A stretch of DNA of 64,000 nt from Octopus sinensis (GCF_006345805.1 NC_043001.1:121396001-121460000); one strand, 5' to 3'; counted from the stretch's first letter, positions 39,048 through 52,480 are shown. Numbers and translations are program-made. Notes: a model not told the origin generated them from the letters alone.

Positions 39048-39100
39048 CCAGGATATTCAACTCTGAATTTTCCAGTCACGGTTAAAAACTTATGCTCCAT
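39048..39100 (-). CDS. Candidate 53-nt exon (copy B1)
   Basis: CTTTTGCAG|ATGGAGCATAAG...CCTGG|GTAAGC; homologue of 3650-3702. Confidence 0.33.
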
Positions 39101-39850
39101 CTGCAAAAGCCAGATGTGTATATATGTTTATATATATATATATATATGCATACATTAAATTCAAGAAACAAAGTTTGATTTAAAAGCCTTGAGTAGTATA
39201 AAAAGATACAGATAAGGAAATAATTTTACATATGTATGTATTTATGTGTTTAAGCTAATCAGGCTAAACTTTAAAATACCTGTTATCATTTAACAAAATC
39301 GATATCACTATCTACGAAACGTATTGAGCTCACTCACTATTTAAATTGACGTTTTGCATTTCTTGTATAAAATATGCATGTGTGTGTGTGTGTGTGTGAG
39401 TGTATGCATGTGTGCGCGTGTTCAGCGCGCGTGTGTGTGTGTGTTCGGAGAAAAAGAGGGCAGATATCTACTCACGGCTCTTGATATGTTCTCAGCAGGT
39501 TTTTTATATTCGTTGAAAGATTTTAAAATCAAACGAAATGCGAAGGATTTGGTCCAGCCTATGGATTGATATAGAAAATAATTGCTGTATTTATAAATGA
39601 GACACACATCATAGATGCACATAAAACCCACATACGTAGATAAAAATATACATTCATAATCACATATACACTTAAAAATACTATAAGTAAATATATATAT
39701 ACGAATATACAAACTCACATTAATACATCTGCATCTACATGTATAAACACATATATAAATGCATGTTTGTACACATACACAGTTCCATGTATTTATATAT
39801 ATATATGTGTGTGTGTGTGTGTATGTATATATATATATGTATATATATGC

Positions 39851-40275
39851 GTAGTAGTGGGTGTGTGGTAAGTAGATCGCTTACGAACCATATGGTCCCG
39901 GGTTCAGTCCCACTGCGTGGTACCTTGGGCAAGTGTCTTCTGCTATAACCTCAGGCCGACCAAAGCCTTGTGAGTGGATTTGGTAGACGGAAACTGAAAG
40001 AAGCCTGTCGTATATATGTATATGACTATATATCTATGTGTGTGTATGTGTGTATATGTTTGTGTCTGTTTTTATCCCCCCCTCCAACATCGCTTGACAA
40101 CCGATGCTGGTGTGTTTACGACCCTGTAACTTAGCGGTTCGGCAAAAGAGACCGATAGAATAAATACTAGGCTTACAAAGAATAAGTACTGGGGTCGACT
40201 TGCTCGACTAAAGGCGGTGCTCCAGCATGGCCACAGTCAAATGACTGAAACAAATAAAAGAGTAAAAAGAGTAAA
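39851..40275 (+). mobile_element. tRNA-derived SINE (second family)
   Basis: GTGTGGTAAG...GGTTCAGTCCCACTGCGTGG.ACCTTGGGCAAGTGTCTT head; same body at 56380-56770 and 60222-60620. Confidence 0.88.
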
Positions 40276-40721
40276 GAGTGTATATGAATCTTTAGTCAAA
40301 TATATTCAATGAGAATATTATATACTGAATATATATTGAGTGCTCTATTGTATCAAAGTATTAATATTATTAAAGTATTTATATATTTAATGCGAGCGAT
40401 TATATATATTTTTAAATAATATGTTATTATTAATATTAAGAATTCAATATCAGAAAACTTCACAGAAAGATATACACGTGTGAAAAAAATGGTTGTATTA
40501 AAAATATATAAATAAATAAATATAAATATTTATAAAAATATATGTATATATGTATACGTATAAATATATAATGTATATGACAGTTTATAAGTTTTGAATT
40601 AAATATTTAAACCCTTTTTACGATCGTTTCACAGAAGTGCTGTCCCTATGATGAAAACCTATATTGGATACGTGTACGTGCACATAGATGCAAATAAATG
40701 TTTCTACATGTATATTATATG

Positions 40722-40759
<38 letters not shown>

Positions 40760-41429
40760 TATATGTTTACTTATGTATGTACATATGAATATAAACTTAT
40801 ATATATATATATATATATATATATGCTACGTATGTATGCAAATGTGGGCTGATTTGCATATATGCATATATAAATAGATGAGTGTATTTTTACCTTGTTA
40901 ACAATTAACACGGAAAAAAAAATAAATAGTTACCAGGGTAGCAAAAATCTCACAAGTAAAGATGTTGTAACTCCTTGTTTATAAAGGTAGAAACTTCGTG
41001 TTTACGTTGAATATTTTGAATAATATATGAATAAATAAATGGAGGTGTAATCAAATATTTTTACTTTCGACACATGTTTTGACAATTCCACTGTTACTAT
41101 TCAAAAGAATAAATGAAAGAATGCAATCTTCTCTTCAGGAAGGTGAAAAAAGCGAAACTTGTCAATAAGACATTTTAGCAAAAAATGATGGATTTGTAGA
41201 GTGATAGACAGCACGCTATTAATATTGTTTAAAAAAACGTTATATGATATAACGTCATAAGTAGTTAACAGAAAGAGTAGGGATATTAATAGTGAATGTT
41301 AAATATAAAGGAAATTAAAGTTTAAATTATATATAATGTCTATCTATCAGTGCTAGGAAATATTTACCTATATCGAAGGCCACCTCGGGTGAGTAAGGGG
41401 GCGTAAACCCTTCGGACTTAGTATAACTA

Positions 41430-42700
41430 TAGATACTAACTTGACGGTTGTCAATTTCTTAGACGTTTCCTTAGATCTTAATAAGAATATTTATAAGCCT
41501 TATAGGAAGCCCAATGATAGACTAAGTTATATTAATGTAGGTTCATGCCATCCCCCTATAGTATTCAAAAATTTAGTTAAAAATATTAGTAAGAGGATTT
41601 CTAGCCTCTCATCTGATGAGGACATCTTCAATAGCGTTGCCCCAGTTTATAATAAGGCTTTAAAAGATAGTGGTTTTAGCGATAAAATAAAATATACACC
41701 TATCACTAGCCCAACAGTAAAGAAAAGGGATAATAGAAATAGGAAGGTCATCTGGTTTACGCCCCCTTACTCACCCGAGGTGGCCTTCAATATAGGTAAA
41801 TATTTCCTAGCTCTGATAGATAGACATTTTCCAGTTAACCATACTTATAGGAAACTCTTCAATAGACACAATTTAAAAATTAGTTTTAGTTCAACTACCA
41901 ATTTTAAAAACATAATCAAACATAACATACAAAAAACACAAGAAGAAAACAGCTGTTCATGCAGGAATAAAGAATTGTGCCCGCTAAATGGAGCTTGCAT
42001 GTCCAAGACCATCATATATGAAGCTACCGTAAACTCTATAACCACTAAAGACACCGTTTCGACGAAGAAATACGTGGGCCTTACAGAGGGTAATTTCAAG
42101 GCCAGGTTCAATAACCACACTTTGAGCTTTAGGCACTGGAACAAAAGAAAAGCGACACAATTGTCTAATCATATTTGGTCGTTAAGAGATAAAGTTGTCG
42201 ATTATAACATACAATGGAAGATTTTGGCCAGATGTAAGCCCTATACTAACGGCAGCGGAAGGTGCGGTCTATGCGACATGGAGAGATGGCTTATCTGGAA
42301 AAGCAGCTTAGACCCTACTACATGTCTAAATACAAGGACAGAGCTTTTCGGATCATGCCCACATGTGACTAAGTTTCTGTTACGTTTTTGGTCCCCTAAA
42401 GAAAACAGATAGAACATGCTTTCTATGTTATGTCCCAAGAAGAATTTAGATATTTTTATATATTTTTTATATATTTTTTATGTATTTTTATATAATTTTT
42501 ATGACGAAAAATGCGAGCGATGTATAAGTACGCAGGCAAGCAGAGTTATAACAGAGTAATTTCCCTTTATTTAACGGTATTTTTTCATAACGTTTTCAAA
42601 TAGCCAGATAACCGAAGAGATGGTGTTGTGGATTTCCACTTCGGCATCTGAAACTCAGAGTTTTATCTTGACTACCGAGTAATGTAACATATTGTATATA
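41430..42700 (+). mobile_element. Penelope-like element, 5'-truncated: RT thumb plus GIY-YIG endonuclease and 3' pLTR
   Basis: ORF 41441-42412: VNFLDVSLDL, YRKPND, IWFTPPYS, IIYEATV...KYVGLTEGNFKARFNNH, CGLCDMER. Confidence 0.92.
42606..42668 (+). ncRNA. Minimal type I hammerhead-like motif in PLE 3' region (CCGAAGA core)
   Basis: AGATAA-CCGAAGA-GATG..CATC(T)-GAAA-CTCAGAG-TT-TTATCT: 6-bp stem I, 4-bp stem II, short stem III. Confidence 0.55.
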
Positions 42701-43219
42701 TATATATATATATATACATTCGTTTAAAAGCTGCCCTGTTAATCCTTGGGTCCAACAATGACACCATGCATTGAGTACATATTAAGTTTCATGAAACATG
42801 AATATTTCTCAAGCAATGAACAATTTTCATCAAAGCAATGATATAATTTGTCGACTCGGAACTTATTGCAAAGCTTCATGATAAACAACAGTACCACCAC
42901 CATCGCCAGCACATCTGCAATACACACGCCATCCAGACTTCTGACGCCATCACCATCAATACTTTTCATCACTTTCCGCTCCACCACCATCACCACTGTC
43001 TTTCACATCGCTTTCTATCACTATATTCAAACATAGCTTAGGATTGGATCATCATAGCTAAAATAACCGCATTCAGTATGGTTGAGAACAGAATTAGTGA
43101 AGGAGGCTCGAACTACTCGCGGGTGACTAAAAGTTGGCCTTAAGAATATATCCGTCCACTAAGAAATCCACATGAAGGCCTTCACTCCCTGCATAAATCT
43201 TTAAATACACTTTATATAT

Positions 43220-43273
<54 letters not shown>

Positions 43274-44067
43274 ATATATATATATGTAATTACCTGGTTG
43301 GTTTTAAATTGCATGTTAGCCACCTTAATTATTTTATAATCTTCACATTGCCATTTTGTGAAATCAATCACTCATTCTTATGGCATTCTCAATGATACTG
43401 AGAGGCGTGAGTTAGCCTCCACCAGCCGTAATCGAGTGAGCATTGCTGATGAGAATTAACTTCCTATAAGAGATTACCATGCTAATCTAATCCATCTGGC
43501 TTACCGTGGGGAATGTTCTCCCCACTGTCAATGCAAACAGACCATATGTCTTTTTGTGGCTAAGGAGTCTATGACTAATATTTCTAATAATGCTGGTGCT
43601 CACTGCACTCTTTTCACACTTAGTGACTGTGAATTATTTCCTTGTTGGTTTCAAATTGCCGATAGCCACCACAATTTATATATATACACACCCATATATG
43701 TGTGTGTATATATATGTGTGTATATATATATGTGTGATGTATATGTATGTATATATATATACATATATATAAATACAGCAATTTAATAAATAAAACATAT
43801 GCATACATACATACATATATGTACATACCTACATCTATATGTATATATACATACATATATGAGTACAGGACACCACAAAAAAGCGTAGAACACAACGAGA
43901 AACGAAAACATAAAATCAAACAAGGAAACGGACTCTTTTCAACAACGAAAAAACAGAGTACAAGACAAACAATACAAGGAACATTCCCCTTCTTCAGCTG
44001 CTCCTGTTTCGACTCAATGCGTATGTATATATATATATGTATATATATATATATTTATGTATATATA

Positions 44068-44105
<38 letters not shown>

Positions 44106-44278
44106 TATATATATGGATGTGTGTGATTGTGTATAGAAGAATATATTAATAAAAAGAATTCCAACCTTGTCTGATTTTCACGTTTTATTTACAATCTTAT
44201 AATGATATATTATAAGATAATATATTATAATTGAATAAAATAAAATGAAATAGTAGAATGTTAAATATTCATTCTGAT

Positions 44279-44323
44279 TGAACTAGTACTTTCATGCATT
44301 GAATTCTGCAATCTTCGGGTTCA
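44279..44323 (-). ncRNA. Hammerhead-like motif in the inverted pLTR arm
   Basis: Exact reverse complement of 47696-47740. Confidence 0.5.
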
Positions 44324-44975
44324 TGTAGTAGTGTTGACAGTCATGCTTCACAATTTTTGACTGTAGCAAGATGATTGATTCTGTGATATAAATACAGCTG
44401 GGTAGGCTCCAGAGTGCTAGGTTTTGCAAACTGTATTCTGACCAATCAGTGTGTAGTATCACTCAATTACTTAAGCTGATTGGTTGGTTGAGCTGATTGG
44501 TTTAGGCATCACGCTTTGTTGGACATGTCAAGAGTCCTGTATCTTGACCCTGGCCGAAGCAGCAATTGTTGGGTTATTTTTAGAAATGTTGTAAATATCC
44601 TTTGTCAGAGATTTTTATATTTTTATATTTCAATTGTCATCATCATCATTGTCAGCACCTTAATTATTGTTGCTAGTGGTGATGGTGGTGGCAATAGAAC
44701 TTTTAACCCTAAATAAGATAATTTTCCTGCTATCTTCGTCTTGATCACCTTTTATTGTTGTTGTTGTTAGTGGTCATGGTCGTAGCAGTGGAAGTAATAC
44801 CTCTAAGTATTATTATTATTATTATTGCTTATTTAGCTTGGGTTCGAATTTATCAATAAAATTCTTTTCTCTGATTTTCCTCTCGATTTCACTTGGGCTG
44901 TGTAATTTGTAGAATGGAAATATTATATATATTTTCCGACCACATGTTGCTAGGTGGTTACTCAAAGGTATCTGA

Positions 44976-45120
44976 ATTAAAGGAGGATATCCAAAAATTC
45001 TGTCGAAAATTAAAGGAGGATATCCAAAATTAAAGGAGGATATCCAAAAATTCTGTCGAAAATTAAAGGAGGATATCCGAAAATTAAAGGAGGATATCCA
45101 AAAATTCTGTCGAAAATTAC
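44976..45120 (+). repeat. Five-fold reiteration of the PLE 5' junction sequence
   Basis: ATTAAAGGAGGATATCC at 44976, 45009, 45029, 45062, 45083 (spacings 33, 20, 33, 21). Confidence 0.95.
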
Positions 45121-47695
45121 GACTTGTAGAATTCTTCGCTAACAAAAGTAATGAGATTGATGAATCCCTAGTAAGGAATAAATCAAATTTACCCCACCAA
45201 AAGGAAAATAACTACCTACCTTGACCAATACATTGATATCCTGTCTAAATTTCTCCTTAGACGCAATACCAATGTTAGGCCAAACATTAGCAAATCAGAG
45301 ATGTCTGCATGTAAACGTATACAAAACGATCAAACAATAATAATTAAACAAGCAGATAAAGTGGTGCAATTGTTATTATGGATACCGAATACTATAAGGA
45401 TTTGGTTGAAGACCAACTGAAGGATACAACCTTCTATTGTGAAATACCCGCAAATATAGACCACCACATCATGAAAAGATCAACAACCTGATTTCAACAC
45501 ACCACAACTCACTTACGGATAATGAAAAAGACTACATCACCAATTTTGAACCAAAACCCAGCAACTTCTACGGCTTACCAAAAATACACAAATCAAAAAA
45601 CATTCAACAGGCAGTAAAGAACAAAGAAAGTGAGTACATAAAATTATTACATCCAAAAGACCTAAAACTTAGACCTATTATAGCTGGTCCAGCATGCCCT
45701 ACACACCGTCTAAGCAATTTTATTGACATTGTTTTGAAACCACTATGTACTTACATACCAAGTTTCATCAGGGATGACATCGACTTCCTGTCCCATCTTC
45801 CCAAAACAACAGAAACAAATTCAGTTTTACTAATTTTTGATGTGGTAAGCCTCTACAAACCAATATTCCACACGATTTAGGATAAAGGCGATTAAATACT
45901 GGTTAGAAAAACATAGAGAAGTGATTCCCAGCAGATTCACAGTGCCATTTATATTAGACACAGTCAAGCTTATTCTAGAAAATAACACATTCTTCTTCAA
46001 TGGAAAGAATTACATCCAAATTAGAGGCACGGCGATGGGAACGAGGTTTGCTCCCGTTTACGCCAACTCTGTAATGGATACTTAGAAGAACAACTCTACC
46101 AAGAGGTGGAGGTAAACTATGGCACTGGTTTAGAAAGTATATTGAAAAGGCATGGAAGAGATACCTAGACGACTGTTTCATAATCGGACAGAATCTCTAA
46201 ATACTCTGAAGAGTTCAATATCCTCCTGAACAACCTACACCCATCTCTCCATTTACAAAGGAGATGAGTAGTACCAAATTACCATTCCTGGATATAATGG
46301 TAATTAAAAAAGACACCACCATCACCACAGATATATACTATAAACACACAGACACACATCAATACCTAAATTTAAGTCGTGCCATCCACCACATACAAAA
46401 CGTAACATCCCATACTGCTAGCCAGAAGAATTTGTACTATTGTAGAAGATGCAAATATCAGGAACAAACGCCTAATAGAACTAAGAGAATTTTTGCTCAA
46501 ACAAAAATACCCATCTCTATCTCATACTTATAGAAATGGCATACAGCGGGCTATAAAAATACCTATACAACAACTTAGGACAACCCAAGAAGAGGAAACA
46601 AGAACAAGTCATACCATTCATAGTGACACACAAACCCATGTCACCAGAATATCTTCAACATTGCCAAAGCAAACCTACCAATCATTGCCCAAAGTAATGA
46701 ATTAAAAGACATAATCACGGATCGAGCTATGGTGCTTAGTAAAAGACAGCCTAAAAACTTGAAAACATTACTAACAAAGGCAAAATTTGACCTCAGCAAC
46801 AAAGACCAAACATTCACGGTATCTAAATGCAATGATAGCCGATGTGGCACATGCCAATTCATACATACCGGTCAATATATAAACACAAAAACTGGGAAAA
46901 TATTCACAAACGCGAATATGAACTGCAAAAGCAGAATTTAATTTACTGCATCAAATGCCCAAATTGTGAAGAAATATATGTAGGTCAGACGGGAAACGCA
47001 CTATTAGAACGCTCACGTGTACACCGGCAACAGATTAGAGACCAGAGGTCCGTCAGATACCTTTGAGTAACCACCTAGCAACATGTGGTCGGAAAATATA
47101 ATAATATTCCATTCTACAAATTACACAGCCCAAGTGAAATCGAGAGGAAAATCAGAGAAAAGAATTTATTGATAAATTCGAACCCAAGCTAAATAAGCAA
47201 TAATAATAATAATAATACTTAGAGGTATTACTTCCACTGCTACGACCATGACCACTAACAACAACAACAATACTAAAGGTGATCAAGACGAAGATAGCAG
47301 GAAAATTATCTATTTAGGGTTAAAAGTTCTATTGCCACCACCATCACCACTAGCAACAATAATTAAGGCTGACAATGATGATGATGACATTGAAATATAA
47401 AATATAAAAATCTCTGACAAAGGATATTTACAACATTTCTAAAAATAACCCAACAATTGCTGCTTCGGCCAGGGTCAAGATACAGACTCTTGACATGTCC
47501 AACAAAGCGTGATGCCTAAACCAATCAGCTCAACCAACCAATCAGCTTAGAGTAATTGAGTGATACTACACACTGATTGGTCAGAATACAGTTTGCAAAC
47601 CTAGCACTCTGGAGCTACCCAGCTGTATTTATATCACAGAATCAATCATCTTGCTACAGTCAAAAATTGTGAAGCATGACTTCAACACTACTACA

Positions 47696-47740
47696 TGAAC
47701 CCGAAGATTGCAGAATTCAATGCATGAAAGTACTAGTTCA
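47696..47740 (+). ncRNA. Minimal type I hammerhead-like motif (CCGAAGA core)
   Basis: TGAAC-CCGAAGA-T-TGCA-GAATTCAA-TGCA-T-GAAA-GTAC-TA-GTTCA; palindromic AGTACT stem III. Confidence 0.55.
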
Positions 47741-48180
47741 ATCAGAATGAATATTTAACATTCTACTATTCATTTTATTTTATTCAATTATAATATATTA
47801 TCTTATAATATATCATTATAAGATTGTAATAAAACGTGAAAATCAGACAAGGTTGGAATTCTTTTTATTAATATATATGATATATATATATATATATTAG
47901 GTATGTATGTATATGTATATATGCATAATATATATATATATATATATATTATATAATATTATACATTTCTCCTCTGTATCTTTATATGGGTTTGTTTGTT
48001 CTTTGTATAATAAAATATTGATAAAACATTTAAACATTTCATTGAATGTATGAATTAGTAATTGTGGGGTCACAAGTACAACACTGTTTGACTATTGTGA
48101 CGTTAATACATGCGATTATATCGAATGTTTGGAACAAAAGCAAATAAATTTGAATAAATGTGTTAGAAGCATTTGCTTAC

Positions 48181-48232
48181 CCACAGTCTTCACTCTAAAT
48201 GTTGCCGTCACGGTTGAAAGGTCATGCTCAAT
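48181..48232 (-). CDS. Candidate 52-nt exon (copy B2)
   Basis: CTTTTTCAG|ATTGAGCATGAC...TGTGG|GTAAGC; homologue of 3650-3702. Confidence 0.33.
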
Positions 48233-48392
48233 CTGAAAAAGCCGGATGTTATATATATATATTATATATATTATATATATATATATATTATATATTATAT
48301 ATATATATATATATATACATACATTAATGAAAGAAACTGAGTTTGATTTAAAATCGTTGAGATGTATTGAAAAATAGATAAAGAAATAATTT

Positions 48393-48691
48393 TATTCTGA
48401 AACTCAGGATAATGCTAATGATATAACGTGAACCGGATGAAATATCCATAATTTGCAGAAAAATCTATCGGCGGCCAGCTATGTGACTACAACTCACACC
48501 CCTGTGATTACGCTTCAAGTGCTTTACCATTAAGCTAAACTGCGCGAACGACAAATACTTCTGCAAAGTTAGGCTATATACATCTAGCTTTATAAGACGC
48601 GTAATCTGGCCGCCGACAGAGTTTTCGTCAACAGGTGAATACATTATCCTGTTCATGCTATACTATTAGCATTATCCTGCGTTTGAGAATA
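48393..48691. mobile_element. MITE (homologue of 3326-3545)
   Basis: TATTCTGAAACTCAGGATAATGCTAAT ... ATTAGCATTATCCTGCGTTTGAGAATA. Confidence 0.78.
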
Positions 48692-48864
48692 TAATTATAT
48701 ATAAATTATTAGCTTGACACTCGGTAAAGTGGGGGGGAAATGAGAGGGTTTTTAATGTTCGAGCCAGCACATCTCTTTTTCAGAAAGGAAAACGAAAATG
48801 TTGAGAAGAAAAATATTACCAAAAGGAAGTGTGTGATTACATATGTTCTTATGTGTGTGTGTAT

Positions 48865-48911
<47 letters not shown>

Positions 48912-49483
48912 CACAAGATTAGTGAATATTTGAGTAGGATTTTATTTACTGTCAGAATCGGAAATTATATCACGGAATATATTAAGACAAAATAGTGGAT
49001 AGAACAGTCTTTTTATTGACCAGCAAAAATTCAGTAAGTTAAAAAAGAAAGTTTCATGTAATAGTTTACTATCAGTAAATGGAGTTGATTGTCTGAATTT
49101 CATGAAACCTCACTATTTATTTGACGTTTCACATTTCTTCTATAAAATATGCATGTGTGTGTGTATGTTGTGCGGAGAGTGTGTATGTGTATGCTTGTGT
49201 GCGCATGTTCAGTGCATATGTGTGCGCGCACGCGCGTCGTGTACGGAGAAGAGAGAGAGAGGACAGATATCTACTCAACGGCTCTTGATATGTTCTCAGC
49301 AGGGATTTTATATTCGTTGAACTTTTTAAAAATCAAACGAAATACGAAGGATTTGGTCCAGCCTATGGATTGATATAGACAATAATCGCTGCGTTTATAA
49401 ATGAGACACACGTCATAGATGCACATAAGACCCACATACATAGATAAAAATATACATTCATAATCACATATACACTTAAATAC

Positions 49484-49525
<42 letters not shown>

Positions 49526-49811
49526 CTTATTCTACCTATTATATACGTTTTTATTATTATTATTTGCAATTTACTATGCATTGACATTTAATTGTTATTT
49601 ATTTTTTATATTCTATTATATGTAATTTTAGATGGTGTAATTTAATTGTTCATTTTGAATGATAAAAGCTGTTTTTTTTTATTTTAATTTTTATATATAT
49701 CTTATATTGTGTGAAATTTGATTTAGTATTTCTAAATTGAATTTTTCCCTTGTAAGTTTGGATTTTATTCATCAAATAATAATTATATATTATATATATA
49801 TATATATATAT

Positions 49812-50110
49812 ACACTTATCATACCCTTTCTTCCTGTCGCTCTCTTCGTGTATCGGCTATCAATGCCTGCACATGGATGATTGGTTCCATACATCGATAG
49901 GACCTTTCTTGACTTCCTGTCCAACTCCTTTAGCTTCTCCTCTGTCCACTTCAGTTTTCCAGCATCATTCCGAACTACTGCGGCTGCGTGCGAGTTTATC
50001 GCCGAAATTATGTTCCAGGCATTCAGCTTTCGAACCAATATTTTGCTCACTCGCCAAAAGTGCTCTCTTTTACTCTTTCCCGTCATGTCGTGGTGTTTGA
50101 TTCCATCTGT
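49812..50110 (-). mobile_element. Decayed R4/Dong-type fragment (duplicate of 1786-2078)
   Basis: ORF 49790-50086 is near-identical to the translation of 1786-2078. Confidence 0.7.
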
Positions 50111-50192
50111 GAGTGTGTGTGGTGTGTGTTAGAGAGAGAGAGAGAGAGGGAGAGGGAGAGAGGAGACAGAGCATTGCAAACAATATATATAT

Positions 50193-50246
<54 letters not shown>

Positions 50247-50364
50247 CACACGTATACACACATCAAAATATCTTCCCGTATATTAATTACCATAAAATGT
50301 TCTTATTAACTATCAATTTGTAATAAACTTGTTAGTGTTATATTAGACAATAAATAACACTTAC

Positions 50365-50526
50365 CAATGAACTCATTCTTGTTACATAAGTGTCCGACGC
50401 AACAACCAGTACAAGACGTGCCATTCGCCCGTTTATTGCATATAAGGGTATTGTTTCTCATAGCTTCAACACATTTTCTGTATGTGCTGCAGGACCTTTC
50501 ATTGATATTGCGAATCGGCATACAGG
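50365..50526 (-). CDS. Exon encoding the C-terminal part of a Ly6/uPAR (three-finger)-like domain
   Basis: TATTATTACAG acceptor, TTG|GTAAGT donor, 162 nt phase 1-1: CMPIRNINERSCSTYRKCVEAMRNNTLICNKRANGTSCTGCCVGHLCNKNEFI, ending in the CCxxxxCN signature. Confidence 0.7.
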
Positions 50527-50788
50527 CTGTAATAATAGATATGAAAATTATACACTACAACAACAATATTTATTAGGACGATTACTGTTAATTACAGCAA
50601 CAACAACAGAAACAACACCACTGGGGATGTTTACCATGCAAGTAAGTTTAATCATTGCTTTAAAATATCCAAAAGCGATAAATGAAACCGTAAAAGATTT
50701 TCCGAATTGTTGAAAGTTAACAGCATAAGCAAACCTCTGTAAAATTTATTGCTATTTAGTATTCAAAAATCATGTTTTAAATGCTTAC

Positions 50789-50877
50789 AGTGTCCAAACC
50801 TCTCGGATCACAAGTAGATATGGCCATCGGCTCACGGTCTGTATCAAAACCGCATCGCACTGTCACACATCGCCCAA
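50789..50877 (-). CDS. Candidate upstream Cys-containing exon
   Basis: TATTTTAAG acceptor, ACT|GTAAGC donor; only one open frame (phase 1-0): GRCVTVRCGFDTDREPMAISTCDPRGLDT. Confidence 0.3.
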
Positions 50878-51954
50878 CTTAAAATAGGTCAAATTATCCC
50901 AATAAAGATGTATCAATTCTCTAAAATTTCTTCTTACTGGAGGAATGCTCAAGAGGAATTTTTCATATAAAATTTACGGAAAAATATGCGTACAAAACTC
51001 ACCAACAAGAGAAACTAATATGCCTTTACCCAAAGATGAAAATGAAATATAATTGTCAGATTGAACTCCTCAGTCCAAGCAAATAAAATAGAAAATACAT
51101 AAAATGAACACAAGAGAAACTTCGTTTTATTTTGCAAGTATATTTTATATGAAAATACGGTATATAAGTATAAAATTTGGAGAGAAAACAACCAAGGTCT
51201 TGTTAACTTAATAAGGGACATTCTGAAAGCGAAAAATATCAGGAATGGAGAAGAATATTTAAAGAAAAGAATCCATCACGAAAACGCAATTAATAATCGC
51301 AAACACCTAACAATAATAAAAGCAATGAAAATGTAGACATTGAAGTTAGAAATAAGATTTGCATTGCCTTAGTTTGAATTGAAACTCGTTTCTTCCAATG
51401 TTGGAAAAGTTTTAGAAAGAAAATTGGATCCCAAACTGAGTGAGGATGTCATGAAAAAATAACCAATGATAGTGTCCGAAGGCTGGCGTCTTCAAAAGAG
51501 CCATTGGAGTCTGTGATTGCAAATGAATGAATCGTTAAATAAGCTAACACAGGTCTGAGATCAAAACGGACAATGAAACAGGCAACAGAATTCAGCCATG
51601 CTCTTATGTCACGCTCTATTCTCCTATATTCTCGTAGATCAGTTAATGTGAAGCATTGATCTGTTTCATTACCCGTGTCTTTTATTGTTTCTCTTGTGTT
51701 TCTTTCACCAATGTACAACTGTGTATTCAGAGATATGCCTGGCAATTTTAATTTGTGTTTTAGCTGCGTTTAATCGTATAGCTTTCATCTATTCCTGTTG
51801 AAATAATATGACCCCCATCAGTTATGTTCTGTGAAGCTTATTGTACTTCTTGATGTGGGGGCAGATTTAATCTGTTTCGAACATTTCATAATCTTGTCTA
51901 TCAAACAACCACTTTTGCTATGGCCAACAGACGAAGGAGACGGTCATTTACTTC

Positions 51955-52140
51955 TTAACTTTTCCTTAATCCGCTCCCTGTAATCTCTGCAAGATGGTAG
52001 GGCCACATCCAACATGCAGTTATCCCCTCTAAGGTTAGTGGCCCGAGGTCATTCGACAAGGAATCTTGATCCCAAGTTGACTTCTGGCCACATACATTCA
52101 TACATCCTACTCTAAGGACAGCCATGTTTTGTCGGAGAAA
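51955..52140 (-). mobile_element. Remnant of the N-terminus of an L1/Tx1-type apurinic endonuclease
   Basis: MAVLRVGCMNVCG resembles the APE start motif (xxNVxG). Confidence 0.45.
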
Positions 52141-52480
52141 GCTCACTTTAAGTTCGTGTGTTCGTTTCTTGAATAGGGATTCCTGGACAGGGTAGAACGT
52201 TGCGTCCTTGAACAAGGCACTTCATTTCACTTTGTCCCAGTCTAATCAAGTGAAATGTGTCCCAACCTAGTGATGTTCAGCTATTTCTCCCTTCTATCGT
52301 CACATCCTTGTTTTCCCATTGAGTCATGAATAAGAAGATCGACAGGGTGTGTGTATGTCTACGCAGGCACATAAAAAAACCTGGCGAAAGCATATTACAA
52401 TCTATGTGGACTTTATGGCTTTTTAGTGACGGCTGTGGATATATTTTAACGAAAAGGAAGAAAGTAATATTCCAGCTTAC

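Larger units (their letters stand above)
44141..47876 (+). mobile_element. Penelope-like element with about 830-bp inverted 5' pseudo-LTR
   Basis: 44141-44975 is the reverse complement of about 47053-47876; the core 45083-47200 encodes DIQKFCRKLRL, KQADK, FYGLPKIHK, LRPII, FDVVSL, RYLDD, PFLD, LIYCIKCPNC..YVGQT with frameshifts. Confidence 0.93.
43022..50492 (-). repeat. Segmental duplication arm B2
   Basis: Reverse complement matches A 1389-3950 and 4335-4540; 43030-43690 also matches 33420-34330 of B1 directly; interrupted by the PLE at 44141-47876. Confidence 0.88.

Noticed and set aside
50598-50641. + strand exon-like segment (TTACAG|...TTTETTPLGMFTMQ|GTAAGT) antisense to the LU gene
   Set aside because: Good splice-like ends but no partner exons found on that strand; such sites occur by chance.
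51002-51022. 21-nt hydrophobic mini-exon (ILVSLVG) with GTGAGT donor on the minus strand
   Set aside because: Acceptor is weak and the segment is too short to judge without transcripts.
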